Position numbers and translations under genes: made by a program. Shown here piece after piece: positions 37,301 to 45,838 of a DNA stretch of 64,000 bases; the first letter of the stretch is position 1, and each line of letters starts with the position of its first letter. Where the stretch lies: NCBI GenBank assembly GCA_052038195.1, contig JBQGBY010000039.1, forward strand, positions 3,162 to 67,161, in the 5' to 3' direction. This DNA comes from Micromonosporaceae bacterium (GTDB taxonomy: Bacteria; Actinomycetota; Actinomycetes; Mycobacteriales; Micromonosporaceae). The notes beneath the pieces were generated by a model, which saw only the letters and a program-made list of their open reading frames with translations, had not been told where the DNA came from and made no database searches.

Positions 37301-38599
37301 GAACTGCGCTTCACCTGGCCCACCCCGCGCCTTGTCACGGGCCTGCGCCTGGCCCTGGCCGACGGAGCCGCCGGCACGCGGGTCACGGCGGTCGCTCTCA
37401 CCTCCGGCGGCGACGAGACCACCACCCGTCTGCTCACCCACGGGGAGGCGCGCTTCGACACTCCTGTGTGGACATCGGAGCTGAGCGTGCGGCTGCTCGC
37501 GACCGCGGCGGTCCGGTCGTACGACGCCTACCTCGACCAAACCGAGAACCTGCCCGTCGCGGTTTCCGAGGTGACGGTGCTGACGGACCCGCAACCCACC
37601 GGGCCGGCCCCCGACCCGGACGCCCCCGTGGTCCTGCCCTGCGGCAGCGGTCCGACGCTGGCCATCGGCGATTACGTGGTCGCCACCCGTCTGACCGCCA
37701 CGCGGCGCGACCTGGTCGAACGCCGCGAGGTGCCGGCCGTGGCCTGCGATCTGCCGTCCACATCGGACCCCGTTCCCGCGCAAGAGCTGGAAGCGGGCAC
37801 GGTGCGCGTCGTCGCCACCGCAAGCGACATCGCCACGGCGACCCGGGTCGCGCTCGTCCCGGAGACAGCCGCGACGGAGGCCGAGCCCGTGACCGTCCAC
37901 ATCTCCGCGTGGACGGCCACGCAGCGCCGCGTCACCGTAGCGCCGCATGGGACCGATGCCGTGCTGGCCGTACGCGAGAACACGAACCCTGGCTGGGTCG
38001 CCACCCTCGACGGCACGCTGCTAGAACCGACCATTGTGGACGGATGGCAGCAGGCATGGATCGTGCCGGCCGGCCGTTCGGGTGAGGTCGTCCTGCGGTT
38101 CGAGCCCGACACGGCGTACCGGGCCGGGCTCATCGCGGGCGCCGCCCTGCTCCTGCTCATCGTCGCGCTCGCCGTCGTCCCGTCCCGCCGGCGCGGTCCG
38201 TCGGCCGCACCGGCCGCGGTGGTCGGACAGAGCACCGGCGTGGTGCTGCCGCTCGTCGTCGGTGGCGCCGCGCTGGTCGTCACCGGCGGGATACTCGGCG
38301 CCGTCGTCGTGGCGGTCGCCGGCGCCGTCGTGGCCCATCACGTCGCCGACGCCTACGACCGTGGGCGTCCCCACCCAACGGGCTCCGCCGCGCCCCCGGG
38401 GCTCCGGCGGTGGGCCCGCACGGCGGGACTGGTGCTCCCGCCGGGGCTGCTGATCCTCGGCGGTGGGCTGTGGTTGGCCGTACCCACGCCGCAACGGGAC
38501 CTGCTGCCGCACCTGGCGGGCTTCCTCGCCATCGCCGCCCTGTGGGCGTCGGCCGTGCTGACCGGCCGCGTCACGCCGCGGCCGCCCCGGGCCCGATGA
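34364..38599 (+). CDS. AftD-like alpha-(1->3)-arabinofuranosyltransferase family protein (GT-C, DUF3367) with discoidin-like domains
   Basis: N-terminus [55 protein letters not shown] is the family hallmark. F5/8-type-C-like blocks [12 protein letters not shown] and [12 protein letters not shown]. C-terminal TM cluster. Confidence 0.8.
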   Translation: [1411 protein letters not shown]

Positions 38600-38647
38600 C
38601 GCGCCGAGCGCCGGACCGCCTCCGTCCGATCTGAACCAGACCGCCCC

Positions 38648-38860
38648 CCGGTCCTGTTCGCCGGCGACGGTGGCGCGCTGATGGGGCTGTCCGACCTCGA
38701 CACCTTCCGCGGGCGACCCGGCACCGCCGTGATCATCGTGCTCAACGACGCGGCCGCACCAGTACAAGCCCCGTGGTGTGGACGACCGCTCAACTCATCG
38801 ACGAGGTTGAGCTCGCCGCGATCACTCACGGCTTTGGGATGACCGCCGCCCCGCGGTCAG
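38648..38860 (+). pseudogene. Frameshifted C-terminal remnant of a thiamine-diphosphate enzyme (acetolactate-synthase-like)
   Basis: Frame a reads PVLFAGDGGALMGLSDLDTFRGRPGTAVIIVLNDAA (TPP-binding GDG...N motif). Frame b reads DEVELAAITHGFGMTAA. No start, N-terminal approx 450 aa absent. Confidence 0.45.
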
Positions 38861-38869
38861 CTGGCCGGC

Positions 38870-39061
38870 CTGGAGCAGCTACGTGAATGGCTAAGTCGGC
38901 GCGATTCCTGGTTCAGAAACGCGCTCGTGCAGCTCGCCGCCGAGATCCCGCCCGCGATGCTGGCCGGCATCCTGGGCATCCACCCGACCACGGCGGTCAA
39001 GGCGACCCGGCTCGCCGGAGGCAACTGGACCGGCTATGCAGCGTCCCGAGGCGCCCGGTGA
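38870..39061 (+). pseudogene. Startless ORF fragment resembling the C-terminal tail of actinobacterial recombinase/transposon-associated proteins
   Basis: LEQLREWLSRRDSWFRNALVQLAAEIPPAMLAGILGIHPTTAVKATRLAGGNWTGYAASRGAR-stop. No in-frame start for the block. Family assignment is from memory only. Confidence 0.3.
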
Positions 39062-39121
39062 TGTCGCGAGTGACGTCCCGCTCCGTTCGGACCGAGTGAG
39101 CCAGGGTCGCGAAAGCCCAAG

Positions 39122-40171
39122 TCATCCGAGGACTCGGGCCAATAGCTCACGTCTGCTTCGGCTACCAGTCTTGTCGAAGATCGACTTGAGGTGGTCCTGG
39201 ACCGTGTGCACGGATAGGTGCATCTGTGCGGCCGCCTGGCGGGTATCAGATCCGTCGGCCAGCACCACCAGGAGATCTCTTTCCCGAGCAGTCAGCGCGA
39301 AGGCCAGGCTGAAGACCTCAAGTCGCTCTGCCGGTGAGGCATGGTCGATGGTGACGGCGATATCGCCCGGTCGGCTGTTTCCGATCCGGGCCGCGCGCAG
39401 GGTCACCCAGATTCCGTCGTCGAGATGAACCCTGGCTGCAGGCGGATGGTCATCAATACCGTCCTCGATCGCGGCGAGTTGCGCCGCGACGTTGTACGCC
39501 GCGGCTGGGATCGGAGATCGCTCCGCTGGAGTCGGCAGGAGCCGGCGCAGATAATCGCCTGTCTGCTGAGTCTGTGCCCGGAGCGTCAGCTCCGGCGAGA
39601 GCAGCAGCACCAACGCGTCACGACCGGCGACACCGCCGGGGTGCGGCACAAACGTGGCGGCCTGGCGGCCGCGCAAGGCAGCGGTCACCACGGGGGCGAT
39701 CGTGGCGAGGAAGTCGGCATCCGCGCCGATGAACGGCGCTGCGGGCTCGGACCGCCACAAGTCGAGGAACCCCCAGCAGCCGAAGCGGTCGCGGAACACC
39801 ACCGACGCGACATCCACGACCCCAGCAGCCGCCAACATGTCCCGCCACACAAGGCTCTGCTCCCGCTGCCCGCCCGTGCTCTCGTACAGCAACGCCACCG
39901 GCGGGTCGTTGAGGGTGGTCCACCGGTTGATGGTGGTGGCGTACTTGAGCCGAATCAGCCGGGGCAACTCGTCAAGCGCTGGCACATCGGCCAAGGGATC
40001 ACAGCCCACGCAAGTCTGTGGATCGGTCAAAAGGAAAACGTAAAAGTCGAAGCCGACCGCGAGGCGGAGCTGATCGAGCACCGCCGCACGAAGATGCCGG
40101 GCGGGCATCTCGGCACGGCACAGCCGCACGATGTGCTCGCGAACCCGCTCTGGGCTGGTCGACGTGGCCAC
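39122..40171 (-). CDS. LuxR-family transcriptional regulator (N-terminal sensory GAF-like domain plus C-terminal HTH)
   Basis: C-terminal LTARERDLLVVLADGSDTRQAAAQMHLSVHTVQDHLKSIFDKTGSRSRRELLARVLG. Confidence 0.8.
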   Translation of the reverse strand: MATSTSPERVREHIVRLCRAEMPARHLRAAVLDQLRLAVGFDFYVFLLTDPQTCVGCDPLADVPALDELPRLIRLKYATTINRWTTLNDPPVALLYESTGGQREQSLVWRDMLAAAGVVDVASVVFRDRFGCWGFLDLWRSEPAAPFIGADADFLATIAPVVTAALRGRQAATFVPHPGGVAGRDALVLLLSPELTLRAQTQQTGDYLRRLLPTPAERSPIPAAAYNVAAQLAAIEDGIDDHPPAARVHLDDGIWVTLRAARIGNSRPGDIAVTIDHASPAERLEVFSLAFALTARERDLLVVLADGSDTRQAAAQMHLSVHTVQDHLKSIFDKTGSRSRRELLARVLG

Positions 40172-40214
40172 GGGGGAAGCGTACGTGTACGAACCCCAGA
40201 CACCTGGGATACCC

Positions 40215-40228
40215 GCGACCGCGGTCGC
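40215..40228. promoter_or_regulatory. Perfect 14-bp palindrome GCGACCGCGGTCGC in the LuxR divergent promoter
   Basis: Self-complementary by direct reading. Lies between the LuxR start (40171) and the divergent small gene (40276). Confidence 0.35.
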
Positions 40229-40275
40229 CAGCCGATCCTCAGACCAAGAGGTCAGAATCAGTGAAGGGGAACATC

Positions 40276-40566
40276 ATGGTCACGCTGCACATCGAGCATG
40301 CGGTCACCGACTACGGCACGTGGAAACAGGCGTTCGACCGGTTCGCGGACATGCGTCGTGACAGCGGAGCCCTGGGCCACCGGATCCACCGGCCAGCAGA
40401 CGACGACCGTTACGTACTCATCGAGCTGGATTTCAATACCAGCGAGGAGGCGTCGAAGTTTCTCAGTTTCCTCACCAGCAAGGTGTGGTCAACGTCAGCC
40501 AACGCACCCGCGCTGATCGGCACACCGCAGACCAGAATTCTCGACCTGATCGAACAAACACCCTGA
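40276..40566 (+). CDS. Small soluble protein (96 aa), possibly a dimeric alpha/beta-barrel fold
   Basis: RBS GAAGGGGA. MVTLHIEHAVTDYGTWKQAFDRFADMRRDSGALGHRIHRPADDDRYVLIELDF. Confidence 0.6.
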   Translation: MVTLHIEHAVTDYGTWKQAFDRFADMRRDSGALGHRIHRPADDDRYVLIELDFNTSEEASKFLSFLTSKVWSTSANAPALIGTPQTRILDLIEQTP

Positions 40567-40593
40567 CCAGCCATCATCGACATGGAGTAGGAC

Positions 40594-41064
40594 ATGAGGC
40601 GAAAGATTGTAGCCGTGGTGGCCGTAGGTGCCGGCACCGTGTTCGCCATACTCGCCGGACCACGTGGCCCGCTGGGCGGTCTGTGGCGGCCCATTCCTAT
40701 GCCGGAGCCCACCAACGGTCAGATCTCGGCCCTGTTCGCCTCCGGCCTGATCGAAGCGATCGGGTTCGGCGCCGCAATCGCCGTACTGCTCGTGGGCAGA
40801 CCCGCCATGGCCCGGCTCGCCCACACGCCGGCCCGCGCCACCTGCGCGTGGTTGGCCACGGCGTGGCTCCTCGGCTCGTGGTGGCCACACAGCGCGCTAC
40901 ACCTGCACATCGGCATCAAGCCGAGCGCCCTAGCGCCCATAGAGCTGGTCTTCCACGCTGGCTCGATCATCATGCTCGCCCTGCTTCTATGGGCGGTGCT
41001 ACCACGGATCGCCGAACCGGCCACGCCTCCCCGATCGGCAGCCTCCGGGCCGGTAGACGGATGA
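40594..41064 (+). CDS. Hypothetical 4-TM membrane protein
   Basis: GGAG RBS. 156 aa with histidine/tryptophan-containing helices (WWPHSALHLHIG). Confidence 0.55.
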   Translation: MRRKIVAVVAVGAGTVFAILAGPRGPLGGLWRPIPMPEPTNGQISALFASGLIEAIGFGAAIAVLLVGRPAMARLAHTPARATCAWLATAWLLGSWWPHSALHLHIGIKPSALAPIELVFHAGSIIMLALLLWAVLPRIAEPATPPRSAASGPVDG

Positions 41065-41314
41065 ACGGCCGCCAGCCCGGAGGCTTGCCACGGGGCCGCC
41101 GAGATTGGCCGGCGGGCCCAAATCGCTGTTGTAGTTGTCATGGAACCAGCGCTTCGGGAGCGCGGGAGCGCGTCGGGAAAGGGATTATCCGAGGAATTCG
41201 AATATTCCGGTAACACCGGTTACGCCAGCACCCGCGACAGCGTCAGGATGGTCGCCTCGGGATCCTTGTCCAGCTCGAGGACGGTCCGCGCGTCCATGCC
41301 CGTGAACCACGGCG

Positions 41315-41911
41315 TTATGCGGTCAGTTGCAGGGTCGTCAGGCAGGTGGGGTCGTCCGGGCCGGTGCCGATGTCCGCGCTGGCCGAGTGCCCCTCGTGTT
41401 CGACCTGCAGTGTGGCTTCGACGTCACGGGGGAGCCAGAAACCGACGAAGCCGTTGTCGAAGGTGGGCCCGGTCTCATCGACCAGCACCTCGCCCGTGGC
41501 CTTGTCGGTGATGGTCACGTGGACCTCCTGCCCACCGAGCTCGCCCTTGCAGGTGGTCAGGCTGTGATAGAAGCACTCATGCGTACCGTTGATGTACGGC
41601 GCGATCGAGAGGTAGAAGGCATCGTCGGGAATATCGAGCGTGGCCTCGGCCCCGGAAGCGGTGTCGGTGAGCAGTACCTCGTCGGGTCGCACCGACGCGC
41701 GGAGGGTCTGCGGGCGGTCGGTCACCGGCATCTCGTCCAGGCGGTCGATCACGGCGCGGGTGTCCAGCCCGTCCAGGTCGTACGCGGCAAGAATCGCGTC
41801 GCTGCCCGACGGCGCTGCCTGATCATCGGGGACGGTCGAGGAGCAACCCGCGGCCACCGTCGCCGCGATGGCCGCCGACGCCGCGACGACCAGCACTTTC
41901 CTGAGATTCAT
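41315..41911 (-). CDS. cueP: CueP-family periplasmic metal(copper)-binding lipoprotein
   Basis: GGAGGA RBS. Lipobox AAGC. Conserved THECFYHSLTTCKGEL and FVGFWLPRD blocks. Confidence 0.7.
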   Translation of the reverse strand: MNLRKVLVVAASAAIAATVAAGCSSTVPDDQAAPSGSDAILAAYDLDGLDTRAVIDRLDEMPVTDRPQTLRASVRPDEVLLTDTASGAEATLDIPDDAFYLSIAPYINGTHECFYHSLTTCKGELGGQEVHVTITDKATGEVLVDETGPTFDNGFVGFWLPRDVEATLQVEHEGHSASADIGTGPDDPTCLTTLQLTA

Positions 41912-42048
41912 GTACTCCATCCTCCGCGCGGTGAATGCATCGAACAGGGCCCGAAGTGCCCGCGTCGGCACGCTCGGGTCGGGTCGGCGCGGCGCCCTAT
42001 GGCCCTTGTCATCCTGCAGGTCCGCTGATACGCGGGTAGGTTCGCTGC

Positions 42049-42726
42049 GTGACCTGGCAGGGCAAGCACATCCGGCGCTCGCGGTCGCGACAGCCACTCC
42101 TCGTGCTCGCGACCGCCGCCGTGCTGGGGTTCGGGGCCTGGTCCGGCACGGCGTTGCGCCCAGAGCCGGCCGACGTCGCCGCGCCGGTCACTCCGGTCCC
42201 GACCTTACCCTCCCACTCGCCGACGCCGGCCACACTCACGCCGCCGGCGGGGACCTCCACGCCGTCGCCGAGCTCGGCGACACCCGAACCCGAGCCGACG
42301 AGCGCGCCACCTCCGCCGCCACCGGCGGGCACCGGTGTCGAGGCCTACGAGGCCGAGGTGGTAGCGATCGTCAACGCGGAACGGGCCGCCGGGGGGTGCT
42401 CCGTGCTGACCGTGGACAGCCGGCTGGCCGCCGCCGCACGGGCCCACTCAACCGACATGGCCACGCGAGACTACTTCAGTCACACCACTCCCGAGGGCAT
42501 CACCTTCGACCAGCGCATCACCAATGCCGGCTATCTGTGGTCGAACGCGGCCGAGAACATCGCCTACGGTCAGCGCGGCCCCGCCGCGGTCATGGCGGCG
42601 TGGATGGGCAGCGACGGCCACCGGGCCAACATCCTCAACTGCCGACTGCAGCAGATCGGCGTCGGACTCGCCTACGACGCGCGCGGCCGTCCATATTGGA
42701 CACAGGACTTCGGCACGCCGAGGTGA
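42049..42726 (+). CDS. Secreted CAP/SCP (YkwD-like) domain protein with a Pro/Thr/Ser-rich linker
   Basis: IVNAERAAGGC..L..DSRLAAAARAHSTDMATRDYFSHTTPEG...GHRANILN...IGVG. Confidence 0.8.
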   Translation: MTWQGKHIRRSRSRQPLLVLATAAVLGFGAWSGTALRPEPADVAAPVTPVPTLPSHSPTPATLTPPAGTSTPSPSSATPEPEPTSAPPPPPPAGTGVEAYEAEVVAIVNAERAAGGCSVLTVDSRLAAAARAHSTDMATRDYFSHTTPEGITFDQRITNAGYLWSNAAENIAYGQRGPAAVMAAWMGSDGHRANILNCRLQQIGVGLAYDARGRPYWTQDFGTPR

Positions 42727-42736
42727 CGCGTCGGTG

Positions 42737-43381
42737 TCAGAGCCGGGCCACCTCGTAGTCCGGTCGCATCGACACCAGCAGATCAGCGACCCGGTCCTCG
42801 GACTGGCCTGAGCGAAGATCCACGATGGCCCCGACCGTCCACCGGTCGACCCACCCGCAGGCGACCGGTTGCCGGCTCGGTGCGGTCAGGGTGGTGCAGC
42901 GTAGCTCACCACCCATCGGACCCGCGTCGAACGGGCGCATCGTCCCGTCGAAGGTCATCCCGAGCACGCCGAACACCGCCGCCAGTCGTGGCTCGGTCGC
43001 GGCCGCGACACCAGCCTCGTCAAGGGTGGGCACAAGGTCGCCACCGAGGAACGTCAGCCACGGCTCGGGAGCCGTGCCCTCCTCGTGGTACTGACCGGAG
43101 GCCGGGTTGGCGAGACCGAGTGCCGACAGGCTGGTCCGCCGCGTCTCGTCGCCGGCCGTCGCAAATGCCAGGTCGAGGCGCACGAAGCCGGCGCTGGCGT
43201 CGGGGACGACGACGGTCCATCCAGGACCATCCGAAGGACCATTGGCGGAGGCACCCACCGGTGTGTCCCTCGGCCCATCGTCGGACGGGTCGACGATGAC
43301 GAACGCCGCGAACACGGTGCCCCCGGCACAGCACACCGCTACCAGGCCGGCGAGCCAGTACGTGACCCTGTCCGAGACCAT
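42737..43381 (-). CDS. Hypothetical membrane-anchored secreted protein
   Basis: 214 aa, N-terminal TM, acidic soluble domain. No family recognised. Confidence 0.5.
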   Translation of the reverse strand: MVSDRVTYWLAGLVAVCCAGGTVFAAFVIVDPSDDGPRDTPVGASANGPSDGPGWTVVVPDASAGFVRLDLAFATAGDETRRTSLSALGLANPASGQYHEEGTAPEPWLTFLGGDLVPTLDEAGVAAATEPRLAAVFGVLGMTFDGTMRPFDAGPMGGELRCTTLTAPSRQPVACGWVDRWTVGAIVDLRSGQSEDRVADLLVSMRPDYEVARL

Positions 43382-43603
43382 CGCGTCCACCTCTCGAGTG
43401 CGTCCCACCGATGGTGGCCGCGAGCCGATGCGGCGGCATCGGGCGGCGCACCTTACTTCCCGCCCGCGCCCGACCTATCCCGGGTCGCTGGCGTGAGGAC
43501 TGAAGGCGCGCTGCGATCCGACATGTGGGACGGCTGCGCGGCCACGGCATCCCGGGCGTACGCTAAACAAGACGTACGTACGGTTTGTAAGAGGGGCTCA
43601 GCC

Positions 43604-44371
43604 ATGTGGGATCCGGACGTCTACCTCCGCTTCGCCGACGAGCGGTCGCGCCCGTTCTTCGACCTCATCGGCCGGATCGACGCGAAGGAGCCCGCGACGG
43701 TGGTGGATCTCGGCTGCGGCCCGGGAACGCTCACCGTCCATCTCGCGACCCGGTGGCCACGCGCGACCGTGATCGGCCTGGACTCCTCGGCCGAGATGAT
43801 CGCCGCCGCCCAAGGGCTCGGCTCGCCCGTACGGTTCGGGGTGGCCGACGTCACCGACTGGCACGCCGACGGGGCCGACGTGGTGGTCGCCAACGCCGTC
43901 CTGCAGTGGGTGCCTGCGCACGACGCGCTGCTGGCCCGCTGGGTCGGTGAGCTGCCCGTCGGTGCCACGCTCGCGTTCCAGGTGCCGGGCAACTTCGACG
44001 CGCCGTCCCACCGCGCCATCCGTGAGGTCGCCGCGCTACCCCGATGGGGCGGGCGATTCGACGGCACGCTGCGCGGGACCGACGCCGTCTCCGACCCGGT
44101 CGACTACGCGCAGCGCCTGGTCGATCTCGGCTGCTCCGTCGACGCGTGGGAGACGACCTACCTGCACCAGCTGCCGGTCGCCGGCGACGAGCACCCGGTG
44201 CTGCGCTGGGTCGAGGGCACGGCGCTGCGCGGTGTCCGGGCGACCGTCGACCACGAGGACTGGGCGTTCATCCGGTCGGAGCTGAGCACCCGTCTCGCCG
44301 ACGCCTATCCCGTCCACAGTGGACGCGTCTGGTTTCCCTTCCGCCGCGTCTTCGTCGTCGCAACCCGGTGA
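43604..44371 (+). CDS. tam: Trans-aconitate 2-methyltransferase
   Basis: MWDPDVYLRFADERSRPFFDLIGRI...VVDLGCGPGTLT...ANAVLQWVPAH...GTALRGV is diagnostic of Tam. Confidence 0.85.
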   Translation: MWDPDVYLRFADERSRPFFDLIGRIDAKEPATVVDLGCGPGTLTVHLATRWPRATVIGLDSSAEMIAAAQGLGSPVRFGVADVTDWHADGADVVVANAVLQWVPAHDALLARWVGELPVGATLAFQVPGNFDAPSHRAIREVAALPRWGGRFDGTLRGTDAVSDPVDYAQRLVDLGCSVDAWETTYLHQLPVAGDEHPVLRWVEGTALRGVRATVDHEDWAFIRSELSTRLADAYPVHSGRVWFPFRRVFVVATR

Positions 44372-44372
44372 C

Positions 44373-44625
44373 TCAGGCGGCGGCCAGGTCGCGCGCGAGC
44401 ACGCCGACGTCCGGGTTGTCGGTAAACAGGCCGTCGACGCCGGCACGCATGAAGCTCATCTGTTCGTCGATGCCCCGACCGTACGCGTTGGGGTCGGTGC
44501 CCACCCGATAGTCAGTCGGCCGGAACTGGTTCTCGGCGCGACCTGACGCGAACACGGCCACGACGTGACCATCGAGGAAACACTGACCGTCGATGAGGTA
44601 AGGCAGCGAGTACGGCCGATGACTC
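44373..44625 (-). pseudogene. C-terminal remnant of a glycerophosphodiester phosphodiesterase
   Basis: ...RAENQFRPTDYRVGTDPNAYGRGIDEQMSFMRAGVDGLFTDNPDVGVLARD matches the GDPD C-terminus. The N-terminal approx 150-200 aa are missing and it abuts the acyltransferase stop. Confidence 0.55.
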
Positions 44626-44629
44626 AGAG

Positions 44630-45838
44630 CTACCGGACGGCTACCGGGGCCACGAGTCGCTCGCCGAGTCGCTGCGCGGGGCGCTCGACGATGTACCAGC
44701 TGGCCGCCGCGAGCACCAACCCACCGGCAAGGGTGAGCAGCAGCAGCCGGCCGGTACTCGCGCCCCACAACGGTCCGTCGACTGCGGCGATCACTTCGAT
44801 GACGGTGAGGTGCCACAGGAACAGTCCATATGAGACGGTCCCGAGCCAGCGCAGCGCCGGCTGCGACAGGAGAAGGCCCAGGCCCGTGGCACTTCCAGCG
44901 GTCCCGCCCACGGCTTCGCCACGCCCGAAGACCACCGGCAGCAGCAGGAGCGTGGCGAAGCCGAGGAAGAGCAGTTCCTTCGTGATGTAGTTACCCGCGG
45001 TGGGAATTCCGAGACCACCGAGCGGACCGGCGAGGTACACCGACAGTGCGTACAGTTCGGCCGCGATCCCCCAGCAGACCCACGGGGCCCGGCCGATCTC
45101 GTCGAGCACCGCCCACGCCCGCGGCGCCGTGCTCGTGCGCAGCGCGACGCTCGCCACGGCCATCGCCATGCCCACGGCGAAGCACATGGCGAAGGAGGGG
45201 AACCACATGGTGTGCAGGTAGACGTTCAGCCGTCCCGGGCGCAGCTGCGACAGCCAGCCGACGCTGACCGCGAGCCCGACCACCACCAGGAACGCCACAC
45301 TCCGTCCCGGCCGCCACCGCCGATAGGCCACGACACCGCGCCGGCGCAGCAACAGGAACGCCACCACCGGCAGTAAGGCATAGAAGACGACCTCGACCGC
45401 CAGCGTCCAGGCGATGGCCACGCCGGGTACGAACGGCGCCGCCACGAAGTACTGCCCGAGGGTGAGGTGACGCAGCCACGTGAGCGGGTCGGGCGCCTCA
45501 TCGAGCAGGACCAGGAGGCAGACGCCGACCAGGACCCAGTACGCCGGCAGGATGCGCAACGCCCGCCGGATCACGTACCGACCCGTGGCCGGCCACGCGC
45601 CACCGCGAGCGGCGGCCACGACGTACGGCCGGAACAGTACGAACCCCGAGAGCACGAAGAAGACGTTGACGAATCCTTCGAGCCGTGACAGCCACCCGCC
45701 CCACAGCGGAGCGCCGACCGCACCGGTGGCGAACGCGACGTGGGAGACGAGCACGCCGGCGGCCGCGAGGCCCCGCATCGTGTCGAGGTCCGGGATCCGC
45801 TCGGTCAGCGCTTGCGGAGGACGAGGAGCAGGTTCCAC
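44630..45838 (-). CDS. Acyltransferase family 3 (integral-membrane O-acyltransferase); start uncertain (GTG 45838 or ATG 45889)
   Basis: IPDLDTMRGLAAAGVLVSHVAF is the family N-terminal motif. About 10 TM segments. Confidence 0.75.
   Translation of the reverse strand: MEPAPRPPQALTERIPDLDTMRGLAAAGVLVSHVAFATGAVGAPLWGGWLSRLEGFVNVFFVLSGFVLFRPYVVAAARGGAWPATGRYVIRRALRILPAYWVLVGVCLLVLLDEAPDPLTWLRHLTLGQYFVAAPFVPGVAIAWTLAVEVVFYALLPVVAFLLLRRRGVVAYRRWRPGRSVAFLVVVGLAVSVGWLSQLRPGRLNVYLHTMWFPSFAMCFAVGMAMAVASVALRTSTAPRAWAVLDEIGRAPWVCWGIAAELYALSVYLAGPLGGLGIPTAGNYITKELLFLGFATLLLLPVVFGRGEAVGGTAGSATGLGLLLSQPALRWLGTVSYGLFLWHLTVIEVIAAVDGPLWGASTGRLLLLTLAGGLVLAAASWYIVERPAQRLGERLVAPVAVR

Noticed and set aside
34396-38085. 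1229-aa plus-strand ORF overlapping the AftD-like gene in another frame, together with the 33542-34363 upstream extension of the AftD frame
   Set aside because: The translation is extreme Arg/Pro/Gly/Ala-rich with no motifs, the usual off-frame artefact of high-GC DNA. The AftD frame carries the family hallmarks. The upstream extension is antisense to a well-supported methyltransferase.
41221-41314. 25-codon minus-strand ORF (MDARTVLELDKDPEATILTLSRVLA) just downstream of cueP, plus nearby ggaattcgaatattcc and ggtaacaccggttac quasi-palindromes
   Set aside because: It is too short, has no RBS and no recognisable family. It may be another gene remnant in the islet, but the evidence is insufficient.
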